This document shows, in pieces, positions 51,964-60,862 of a stretch of 64,000 bases of DNA. The stretch's first letter is position 1, and each line of letters begins with the position of its first letter. The notes under the pieces were generated by a model, which ran no database searches, was not told the DNA's origin, and worked only from the letters and a program-made list of their open reading frames with translations. The position numbers were made by a program, and so were the translations under genes. Source of the DNA: Alphaproteobacteria bacterium (lineage in GTDB: Bacteria; Pseudomonadota; Alphaproteobacteria; SP197); contig OZ219917.1 of NCBI GenBank assembly GCA_964291415.2, positions 64,001 to 128,000 on the forward strand, in the 5' to 3' direction.

Positions 51964-54172
51964 CTGATGGCAAGATCTGTGCTGCACATCGGCAACGCCG
52001 TGCCCTCGTGTACGTCCGCCACGTCCTCGCCGTCCCAGGTCGAGAACAACCGCGAGTCGACCCGGCGCCAGTACGCCCTGGCCGATCGCGCCCGTGATCT
52101 GGGGTGGCACTCCGACCGGATCACGATCGTCGACGAGGACCTCGGCCTCTCGGGCGCCACTGCCGAAGGACGCAGCGGCTTCGCGCGCATGACCGCCGAA
52201 GTGGCCCTCGGCCAGGTCGGGCTCCTGCTCGGGCTCGAGGTGTCGAGACTCGCCCGCAACAACGCCGACTGGTACAGACTGCTTGACCTGTGCGGATTGA
52301 CCGACACCCTGATCGGCGACGCCGACGGCATCTATCATCCCGGCCTGTTCAACGACAGACTCGTCCTGGGACTGAAGGGCACCATGAGCGAGGCGGAGCT
52401 TCATATCCTGCGAGCACGGCTCGATGGCGGAATCCGCAACAAGGCGGCGCGCGGTGAGCTCTACCGAGGACAGCCCATCGGATACATCCGGGGCGAGGCC
52501 GGCGCCGAGATCCTTCTCGACCCCAATGAGGAGGTTCAGGCCGCGATCCGCGCCGTGTTCGAACGATTCGCCGAGTTCGGATCGGCACGCCGGGTGTGGC
52601 GCTGGTTCGTGATGGAGAAGCTGCACTTTCCCCACCGCTTCCACCGCCATGCCGAGCTTCGCTGGGAACCGCCCGCCTATCACACCATCCATGAAGTGCT
52701 GACCAATCCGGTCTATGCCGGCGCCTACGCTTACGGCAAGTCGCGGCGTGAGCGCCATGTCGACGAGAACGGCATCGTGCGCACGCGCATCCGCAGGCTG
52801 CCCCGCTCCGAATGGCAGGTACTGATCCACGACCATCATCCCGCCTATATCGACTGGTCCACCCACGAAGCCATTCTCGAGCGCCTGTCGCGCAACACCC
52901 GGCCGCTGTCGCATGGCGCGGGCAAGGGAGCGGTGCGTGAGGGAACGGCCTTGCTGCAGGGTCTCGGCATCTGTGGCGAGTGCGGGCGCCGCCTGGCGAC
53001 CCACTACACCGGCCGGACCTCCTCGCCCGGATATCATTGCAGGGGCAAGGAGCTGGTCGAGGCGCGGCGCTCCCTGTGCTTGCATGTGGGGGCCGTGCAG
53101 ATCGACCAGGCGGTCGCCAAGGCCGTCCTGGAGGCGATCCGACCGGCCGGCATCAAGGCCGCCTTGCAGGCGGTCGAGCGCATCGAGGCGGACTACGATC
53201 AGGCGCTCAAGCAATGGGGGCTCACCGTCGAGCGAGCACGTTACGAGGCCGAGAAGGCCGAGCGCCGGTATCGCGCTGTCGAGCCCGAACATCGTCTCGT
53301 CGCCCGCGGGCTGGAACGGGAATGGGAGCAGTGTCTGAACGCACTCGAAGAAGCGCAGAATGAGATGGAGCGGCGTCATCGCGACCGGCCGCGCCAACTC
53401 GATGCCGCCGAGCGCGATTCGCTCCTGGCCCTCGGCGAGGATCTCCAGCGCGCCTGGGATGCGCCCACGACGACGGCTCGCGACAGGAAGGAGCTGCTGC
53501 GCACGGTGCTCGATGAGGTCATCGTTCTTGCCCCGCGCGGCGAGTATCATATCCACCTGACACTGCGCTGGCGGACCGGGTTGTTGACCGAGATCGAACT
53601 CGAGCGCCCGCGCAAACGACGGGCGGCGGTCCGCACCGACGACGACATCATCGATCTGGTCCGCCGCCTCGCTCAGTTCCATTCCGATGCGGTGATCGCC
53701 GCCATACTCAATCGCCAGGGCAAGACAACCGCCTACGGGCATCCCTTCAATGTCCATCGCGTCGGCAATCTCCGCCGGCACTGGAGCATTCCGTGCTTCG
53801 ATCCAGCGACCGCGGCCACCGATGGCGAGCTGGTCAACATCGCCCAGGCGGCGAAGATACGTCGGCATCGCAACCTCGACGGTGCATCGATGGCTCAATG
53901 ACGGCTTCATCGACGGTGAGCAAGTCACGCCGGGAGCCCCGTGGCGCATCCGCATCACGGACGCGTTCCGTCCCAGGCTCATGGAAGAGGCGCCGCCCGG
54001 CTACGTCCCGATGATCGAGGCCATGCAGCGTCTCGGTGTGACCCGTCAGACCGTGTTGCAACGTGTAAAGCGTGGCGAACTCGACGCCATCCATGTCCGC
54101 GCCGGAAGAAAAAAGGCTCTACGTATCAGGGTTGTAGACGATAAGCCGGACCTCTTCGGTCACTCCGCATAA
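51960..54172 (+). CDS. Large serine recombinase (resolvase + recombinase + Zn-ribbon + C-terminal HTH), with two +1 frameshifts (about 52022 and 53861)
   Basis: MTDGKI...VYVR(Q)SS.SQV, DEDLG.SG, EVSRLARN, LGLKGTMSEAEL, NPVYAGAY.YG, CGECG. Confidence 0.9.
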
Positions 54173-54193
54173 GCTGGGGGACACGTATGACAA

Positions 54194-54842
54194 TGTCGAA
54201 GAATCCGCTGATATCCGCGTCCAGCACCCAGTTGACCTTGCGCCGCTCAATCCCGACCGTGACCGCGTCGAGCGCATCGTGCGCCCCGCGCCCCGGGCGG
54301 AACCCATAGCTGAAGCCGAGGAACTCCGTCTCGAAGATCGGCACCAGGATCGTGTCTGTCACCGCGCGCTGGACGATCTTGTCCTCCAGCGCGGCGATGC
54401 CGAGCGGTCGTTGCCCACCGTCCTCTTTGGGAATGTAGACCCGCCGTGACGGCAGCGCCCGGTACGCTCCCCTATGCAGGCGGCCCTGCAGGTCGCTCAG
54501 GCGACCGTCCAGACCGTCCGCGTAGTGGGCCCACGTCACGCCGTCGACCCCGGCCGCCGCGTCCTTCCTCAACGAGTGGAACGCGTCGCTCAGGGCCTCT
54601 GTCGTGATGTGGTGGAGGAGCGCAACAAGACGCTCTCCCGGGTTCCTCTTGGCTGCTGCCCGTATCCGGTCCGCCGCCTGTGGCACGCTTTCCCGCTTCT
54701 GGGCACGGCGCGTGGCGCGACTTTCCGGCTTCCCCTCAGGTCCGGCCCTTCGCTCCACGAGCTCCGCCGGCGCCAAGGCGCCTTTGTTCGCTCGCTTCAT
54801 CGCTACTATGGCCGAATCCGACTTCTCCAAATCGTTCGTCAT
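54194..54842 (-). CDS. ltrA: Group II intron RT/maturase, N-terminal part (RT0-3)
   Basis: LLHHIT, AAAGVDG, YIPK.DG..RPLGI..LEDKIVQ, SYGFRPGR..HDA, LDADISGFFD then the insertion. Confidence 0.92.
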
Positions 54843-55191
54843 CAGTTACGGACTTCTCCTTTCATCAGCGGCCCCGTACGACACGGGGCGACTTGGAGAC
54901 CTCCCGGGTCCCGGCAGAAGGCGTGCATACGTGCCTGGGTTCTCAGACGCCGCGGAGCCGGCTCGACCCTCGTCCTGTCGGTCCGAGCCGTGTTGCCTTC
55001 GACCCCTAGGACGGTCTCGGCACTCCGAACTTGGGATTTCGGCGCTCAATAGCCCCGCCCGCATACCCCGCTACCGACGCTTCACCGACAGCCTCACGAC
55101 TGCCCGCGCACGGCTCGCGGAGAAGGTTGGCTGACTAGGCCTTACCTCCAGCGGACTTTCACCGCCTCCCTTCTGCCAGTTGGCCCGGCAC

Positions 55192-55493
55192 TCCCCAGGT
55201 CCCGGTGGACTGCTTCGGCGCGTGCCATGGTTCTTTGACCCCGCGGAGCCCCTCGTCACCTCACCAAAACGACTCAACGGGTGTTGCCTTCGGCTCACGG
55301 GACGGCCTCGGCACTCCAGATCACTAGCTTTTCGGGTCTCGATAGCCCGGCCCACGCTTGCCCCCCCAACGCTTCGCCTGCCGCCTCGCGACGACCGACG
55401 CATGGTTTGCGGGGAAAGTGGTTGGTTGAGCTCTGTTTCTGCTTCTGCCAGGACATTCACCCGGCAACATTCCCACCAGTTTGCCTGGCGCAC
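55192..55493 (-). mobile_element. Orphan group II intron domain I (intron B remnant) directly 5' of intron A
   Basis: Starts GTGCGCC at 55493; ccagg/ctggtggg pairs with ccaccgg/cctgg; shares gagtgccgag..cgaaggcaacac and gaagcg motifs with intron A domain I. Confidence 0.78.
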
Positions 55494-55571
55494 CCCCCTT
55501 GTGCGTCCCCTTGCAATGCAATGACGCGGTGGTCATACTTTCATTCATCACCGATCAACGGGAGGAATGAG

Positions 55572-55856
55572 ATGAAACATTGGCTTATCGCAATCTGTGC
55601 TGGGATGTTCACATTCGGAAGCGCTGCCATGGCGGATGACATGATGGACTGCGCATTGTCCTACGATGTCTATGAAATGAGTGTGCCCCATACCGATCTT
55701 GAGGCATGCCCTGATGCAGTGGCCGCCGAGGGCCTGTTCTGCCGCCTCTCGGTCGTCGCGGAGGTAGCGACCATCTTCGCGTTTGACGAGGAAAGTGGCT
55801 GTCTTGTCAGCGCCGCATCATTCGAAGAGGACGAGTTCACCATCACAATTCACTAG
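55572..55856 (+). CDS. Small secreted acidic protein with four Cys in the mature part
   Basis: RBS ggagg, signal peptide MKHWLIAICAGMFTFGSAAMA; PHTDLEACP. Confidence 0.7.
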   Translation: MKHWLIAICAGMFTFGSAAMADDMMDCALSYDVYEMSVPHTDLEACPDAVAAEGLFCRLSVVAEVATIFAFDEESGCLVSAASFEEDEFTITIH

Positions 55857-55917
55857 GCTCTTACGAGGGGCGGGTGGCCGCCACGCGTGGCCCCCGCCTC
55901 AAAGCGGGGAAAGCGCC

Positions 55918-56331
55918 ATGCGAAATACTATCCTGCTGACCGGTGCTTTAGCACTGGTCATGGCTGCGTCGATGAGCGCGGCATTCACGCCGGGCGATCC
56001 TGTTCGGGGCCAGACTGTTTTCAAAAAGTGTAGTTCCTGCCACTCGGTTGAGGAAGGGAAGAACCGTCCCACAGGGCCGAATCTCTTGGGCGTTTTTGGC
56101 CGCCAGGCCGGCATCGTTGAGTTCCGCTTCAGCGAGAGCCTCGTGGAGGCTGGAGCGGCAGGCCTTGTCTGGACACCGGAACTAATGAACGCCTACATCA
56201 CCGATCCGAAACAATTCCTGAAGGACACGCTTGGCGTATCCAAGGTACGCAACAAGATGAAGTACAAGATGCGGAAAGAAGAGGACCGCGCTGACGTGAT
56301 CGCCTTCCTGATGTCCCTTCAGGAAGAGTAA
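55918..56331 (+). CDS. Cytochrome c2-like class I c-type cytochrome (copy 2)
   Basis: Signal peptide, CSSCH, GPNLLGVFGRQAG; colinear paralog of 33593..34012. Confidence 0.92.
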   Translation: MRNTILLTGALALVMAASMSAAFTPGDPVRGQTVFKKCSSCHSVEEGKNRPTGPNLLGVFGRQAGIVEFRFSESLVEAGAAGLVWTPELMNAYITDPKQFLKDTLGVSKVRNKMKYKMRKEEDRADVIAFLMSLQEE

Positions 56332-56863
56332 AAAGGGGCGTTGCAGAATGCTGATGGTGCTCGGACAACGACCGACAACCTATGCAAGCGTGAGTATCTC
56401 CAGATCTTTCCTACCGGCATGTTGTCCAGAGACAGAAGGGACAAAAATGTGATTCGGGCCATGAGTTGCGCACTGATAACATGTCGCACCATCAGGAAGA
56501 TTGCTGCGACGACACTGCGGGAACAAACCGAGATGCGTGCTGAGACTGAATCACAGGCGAGTTTCCCAGTTGTGCGACGAGAATGCTCCAAGTCCAACGT
56601 CTAGCCCGCTTTGGGGTGACCTCCGTTGGTTGCCACGGTCACCCGTCTTCCGTAATGGGGCGTTCGCCGTCAAACGCGATTTGTCGCATGGTTGTCTCCT
56701 AGACACCAAATTGCGCGGGAGGTTGGCCCCGACCGGCGCCGGGGTCAATAGGGCCGAACGAAGGGCTGAAACGGTTGCCTCCCATATGCTCCGCTCAACG
56801 GTAACGGTGATTGTGCTGTCGCCGCAGAGGTTCTGCGCATTCGCCTCGATTGCCACCGGGAAC

Positions 56864-56892
56864 GTGCTCCCCGACCACGCGGGGATGAACCA
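56864..56892 (+). CRISPR. Solitary type I-E-like CRISPR repeat (no array, no cas genes in window)
   Basis: GTGCTCCCCGACCACGCGGGGATGAACCA versus the typical I-E repeat GTG(T/C)TCCCCGCnnnnGCGGGGAT(G/A)AACCG. Confidence 0.55.
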
Positions 56893-57188
56893 ACGTCCGT
56901 GATGCGGGCCCGGACTGCCGCAGCGAGCGACCCACGGCGGACCGGTGGAACCCCATGGCTGCCATGCGCCTCTGCCCGTCTATCCAGGGGTGCCTTTCGC
57001 TGCCGGTATCGGGTACAGTTGCTCTCGAACGAAAGTGCCGATGAGGGAGACTCCACGGCGGGGAGGCGGCACGCTCCTGTCGCACGAGAGGAAACATCCC
57101 CATGGCGCCGAGCCGCCCCCCGGTCGCTCTGTCGCAACCGCTTCCCACCAACACCGCACCTGCGGTCACTTAGTCGCGGTAGGGATCC

Positions 57189-57530
57189 AGCCAGCCAGAT
57201 GCTGTCGGCCACATCCGTTTTGCGTCCCTTGATCTGCTTGACGTGCTGGGCATGGACCAGCACAGGCTTGATGCCGGCGTCCTCGAGAGCCTGGAAGGGC
57301 GCCTCCCAGTAGATGCCGGTGCCCTCCATCACGGCGGCGCTCACCCGATGCTCCTGGAGCCAGCGCACCATCCCGGCAAGGCCCTTGGGGAAGGCGCTGA
57401 ACTGCCGGGTCTCGACAACCGCCTCCTTGCCGGGCTGTGCGATCCTCACGCTCGCCGTGATCTCGACCTTGTGGATGTCAAGACCGGCCGCACGCTCATG
57501 GATGACATTGAGATGATCGTTTTCTACCAT
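57189..57530 (-). pseudogene. IS110 family recombinase, N-terminal RuvC (DEDD) fragment
   Basis: GLDIHK, VMEGTGIYW, HVKQIKGRKTDVADSIWLA, then similarity ends abruptly. Confidence 0.88.
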
Positions 57531-58036
57531 GACGCTTCCTCCGTCTGTTGGGGGTGGCGGAAGCGGGAGACCTCCGGACAGCTGACAGATATCGATGGCG
57601 ACATCGTGCGTTTTGCTGTTCGTCCACGGATTGAACCGGGTACTTCGCGGGGTGCGAACCGTCAGTCTGGGACAGTTTGTTAACGGGCATGAAGCCTCGA
57701 AATTAAAGCGTCCACGAGCCCGCTTCCGCCGTGAGTGTGTTGCACTCAAGGCAGGCGGACAATACGCGCCCGACTCCGAGCAGGCCTGTTACATCAACAC
57801 GCCGGGTGTGCCTGAAACGACAGGATCATGGCAGTTTGTTTGTCCACATGCGGTCCGGTGTTCCGACATTCCGGTTTCTGCGCCCTGTGGCCAGGGGGAC
57901 GTGCAGCTCGTGATCCAGGAAGCATGAGTGGGCTGCCTTCCCTTGATCACGGTAACGTGACCTGACGTGAGGGCGCCGGGCGGTGCTGTGACCACGTTCA
58001 TCGGTAACGTTACCGCGTACAATGGGATCCCAGGTC

Positions 58037-58327
58037 TCATGTGTCCCGTCCGTAGCCGCGCGGTGGCTCGATCTCCTCGAGGGCCTCGATGTCGGCCTCG
58101 ACGATGATTTGCAGGCGCTCTCCATAGGCCGTGTCATGCAGGGGGTCCGGGAGCCTGTCGAGACAGTCCCGATAGTGCTCCTGCAGTGCGCCGAGTTCGG
58201 CCACCGCATCGCGCCAGCGTTGGGCACGGGAGCGCCGGTCGCGGGGCTTGCGGGTGCGCACGGGAGGGTTGCCGGCCTTGAGCCGTTCCCGATAACGTCG
58301 CTGTTTCTCTGCAGGCGTGAGGGCCAT
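58037..58327 (-). CDS. Small hypothetical protein (96 aa) directly after the IS110 C-terminus
   Basis: RBS aaggag; MALTPAEKQRRYRER...RSRAQRWRDAVAEL..LQ..Y...IEPPRGYGRD. Confidence 0.75.
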   Translation of the reverse strand: MALTPAEKQRRYRERLKAGNPPVRTRKPRDRRSRAQRWRDAVAELGALQEHYRDCLDRLPDPLHDTAYGERLQIIVEADIEALEEIEPPRGYGRDT

Positions 58328-58340
58328 GAGGGAGTCTCCT

Positions 58341-60509
58341 TCACGCCGGCAACCGTGCCGGTGCTTCGGGCGACCAGCAGCGCTGTTCCCGCAGCAGGGC
58401 GTTCGCCAGCACGATGAGTTTGCGCATGAGGGCGACGATCGCCACCTTGTGGGCCTTGCCGGCGGCCTTGAGGCGTTCGAACACGCTTGCGAGATCCTGG
58501 TTGCAGCGTGATGCCGTGGTGGCGGCCATGAACAGGAGATCGCGTGGCCTGCGGCGCCCGCCGCGAATGTGCCGGGTGCCGTGGTGCTGGCCGCTGTCGT
58601 CGGCAACCGGCGCCACTCCGATCAACGCCGCCGCCTGGCGACCCTCGAGACTGCCGAGTTCGGGCATCCAGCAAAGAAGGGCGGCGGCGGTCACCGGACC
58701 GACGCCGGGGATCGAGATCAGGATGCCGTACTTCTCGGCCTGCTCGGGATCACCGGCGATCACCGCTTCGATCGCCGCATCCAGTGCGGCAATCCTCTCG
58801 TCGAGATCGGCGACCGTGGCCCGTGTGAGGGTCTCGCCCTCGCCGTCCACCTCACCCGCCACCTGCCTCAGCATCTTGCGTGCATCGACATGCCTGGCGC
58901 GCACCACCAGGAGGTCCTCCAGGCGGTTGAGGAACGCCTCCTGGGGAGCCACGGGCTCAAGGTCGTCGAGCACCGTCCCGAGCCTGGCCAGCATCAACGC
59001 GTCGACGCGGTCGGTTTTGGCCAGATGGCCCAGCGCCTCGGCGAAGCGCCGGGTCGGCCATGGATGGCGGATACGCAGCTGCGGCCAGAACGCACGCGCC
59101 AGAGAACCAACGGTGGCCAAAGTGGCACGATCCATTTGGGACCGACGCCGCAGCACACGGCACCAGATCTTTAGAAGTCGCCGCACGAACCGCTTGAGGG
59201 ACAGGAAGCTGGTGGAGACGGCATAGTAGCCGAGCCAACCATCAACGACCCTTCCGAGCCATTTGGCCACTTCATACCGGTTGTGGTGCATGCGGTGGCG
59301 CAGAACCGTCCGGAGACGAGCCAGGGTTCGGGTGACCCGTTGCCTGGCCGGCTTGCGCCCCAACCCGAAGCCTCCGCTCCGCGTGGTTCGGCAGCAATGC
59401 GTGAACCCGAGGAAGTCGAAGGTTTCGGGACGCCGTTCCCCTCGTGCCCGACGGTTCGCCATGGCGAACTTTCCGAACTCGAGGAGACGGGTCTTGGCAG
59501 GGTGAAGTTCCAGCGAGAACCGAGCCAGTCGTTCCTTCAGATCGTCGAGGAACCGTTCCGCGTCCTGCCGATGCTGGAATCCGACCACGAAGTCATCGCC
59601 GTATCGCACGATGAACGTGACACCACGGGCTGTCTGGGTGCGCCACTTCTTCTGGAACCAGAGGTCGAGGGCGTAGTGGAGGTAGATGTTCGCCAGAATC
59701 GGCGAGACGACCGAACCCTGCGGAGTGCCCCGCAGGTTGTCCCTCCATTCACCCTCGTCCATGGCACCGGCATGGAGCCACTTGGCGATCAGCCGGATGA
59801 CCCGTCTGTCACCAATGCGGTGTTCCAGGAACCGGAGAAGACATCGTCGGTCAATTCGGTCAAAGTAGGACCGAATGTCCGCGTCAAGGATCCAGTTGAT
59901 GGAGCACCGTTCTATCCCGTAGGCCAGAGCATCGAGCGCGTCATGCGCCCCGCGCCCCGGTCGGAACCCATAGCTGAACCCGAGGAACTCCGGCTCCCAG
60001 ATTGGCTCAAGGATGGTCTCGACCACCGCCTTCTGGACGATCTTGTCCTCCAGCGCAGCGATGCCAAGCGGTCGTGTCCCCCCGTCCGGCTTCGGGATGT
60101 TCACCCGTCGGGACGGGAGCGCTCGGTACGCGCCGCTGTGAACACGGTCATGCAGGGCGAGCAGACGCTCGTTCAGTCCATGTCCGTATTCGTGCCACGT
60201 CACCCCGTCCACCCCTGCCGCCGCGTCCTTCTTCAACGAGAAGTAGGCAGCGCCGAGAGCGTCCGTCGTGATGTGGTGCAACAGCGCAGTGAGCCTCTCC
60301 TTCGGAGTCCTCGTGGCCCTTTGCCGTATCCGCTCCGCCGCCTGTGACATGCGAGCCCGGCCCTGTGTCCGGTGCATGCTTTGGTGTCGCGGATTCCTCT
60401 TGGTTTCGGCCCTTCGCTCCATCGCCTCCGCCAGAGCCTCGGTTCCCTTGTTCGGCGACTTCACAGCTACTATGCCCGAATCCGATTGCTTCAACTCGTC
60501 CATCTTCAT
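58341..60509 (-). CDS. In-frame fusion of group II intron RT/maturase and the IS110 recombinase C-terminal half (722 aa)
   Basis: RT motifs through RYGDDF and HPWP; from RRFA onward AKTDRVDA, SIPGVGP..AA, GVAP...DSG, IRGGR, GKAHKVAIVALMRKL. Confidence 0.88.
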   Translation of the reverse strand: MKMDELKQSDSGIVAVKSPNKGTEALAEAMERRAETKRNPRHQSMHRTQGRARMSQAAERIRQRATRTPKERLTALLHHITTDALGAAYFSLKKDAAAGVDGVTWHEYGHGLNERLLALHDRVHSGAYRALPSRRVNIPKPDGGTRPLGIAALEDKIVQKAVVETILEPIWEPEFLGFSYGFRPGRGAHDALDALAYGIERCSINWILDADIRSYFDRIDRRCLLRFLEHRIGDRRVIRLIAKWLHAGAMDEGEWRDNLRGTPQGSVVSPILANIYLHYALDLWFQKKWRTQTARGVTFIVRYGDDFVVGFQHRQDAERFLDDLKERLARFSLELHPAKTRLLEFGKFAMANRRARGERRPETFDFLGFTHCCRTTRSGGFGLGRKPARQRVTRTLARLRTVLRHRMHHNRYEVAKWLGRVVDGWLGYYAVSTSFLSLKRFVRRLLKIWCRVLRRRSQMDRATLATVGSLARAFWPQLRIRHPWPTRRFAEALGHLAKTDRVDALMLARLGTVLDDLEPVAPQEAFLNRLEDLLVVRARHVDARKMLRQVAGEVDGEGETLTRATVADLDERIAALDAAIEAVIAGDPEQAEKYGILISIPGVGPVTAAALLCWMPELGSLEGRQAAALIGVAPVADDSGQHHGTRHIRGGRRRPRDLLFMAATTASRCNQDLASVFERLKAAGKAHKVAIVALMRKLIVLANALLREQRCWSPEAPARLPA

Positions 60510-60862
60510 TTCGGATCGTTTCCTTCCTTCCGCGGCCCCGGTACGACAACCGGGGCAAGTTGAAGCCCTCCCGAGTCCCGGTGCAGGGGTGTACGTGCGT
60601 CCCTGGATTCCTCTGACACCGCAGAGCCCGGTCTGTCCTCACCAAAGCGGACATGCCGGTGTGGCCTTCGGCAGATATCAGTGCCTCGGCACTCTGGAAC
60701 TTAACCTTTACGGTGCTCAATCATCCCGGCCACACGCACCGCTACCGACGCTTCGGCCGTGCCCTCACAGGCGCGTCCGCACGGCTCGCGGTGGAAGTGG
60801 AGGTTACCCTTTCTTCCCGTCGGACTTTCACCGACTCCCCTGCGCCAGTTAGCTCGGCGCAC

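Larger units (their letters stand above)
51481..54201 (+). mobile_element. Large serine recombinase element (2713 bp) flanked by the 8-bp direct repeat tgtcgaag
   Basis: tgtcgaag at 51481-51488 and 54194-54201; removing 51489-54201 rejoins the RT in frame. Confidence 0.9.
50574..55191 (-). mobile_element. Group II intron A (bacterial class E-like), interrupted by a serine-recombinase element
   Basis: 5' GTGCCG at 55191; domain I closing helix; domain V gagccggatgcgaacagcgctcgtccggatc and domain VI ending ccctaccgcgAT at 50574. Confidence 0.9.
57173..60862 (-). mobile_element. Group II intron C (class E-like), defective: domain V region replaced by IS110-derived DNA
   Basis: 5' GTGCGCC at 60862; EBS1-like gatatc pairs with the upstream exon gatgtc; 3' remnant ggatccctaccgcgAC ends at 57173; no domain V seen in between. 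Confidence 0.75.

Noticed and set aside
56335-56800. Short ORFs after the second cytochrome c
   Set aside because: Fragmented, no recognisable family; the one RBS-ATG on the minus strand stops after 16 codons.
56800-57000. Bona fide CRISPR array
   Set aside because: Only one convincing repeat; the second candidate is 50% identical and there are no cas genes in the window.
57189-59051. A single circularly permuted IS110 (C-terminus, ends, N-terminus) integrated from its circle
   Set aside because: Both pieces contain the KTD..D motif with different sequences (KTDRVDA vs KTDVADS), so they come from two different elements.
50651-60509. Retron, DGR or defence-type RT
   Set aside because: Both RTs have group II intron motifs, X domains and flanking ribozyme domains; no template/variable repeat pair or msr/msd structure seen.
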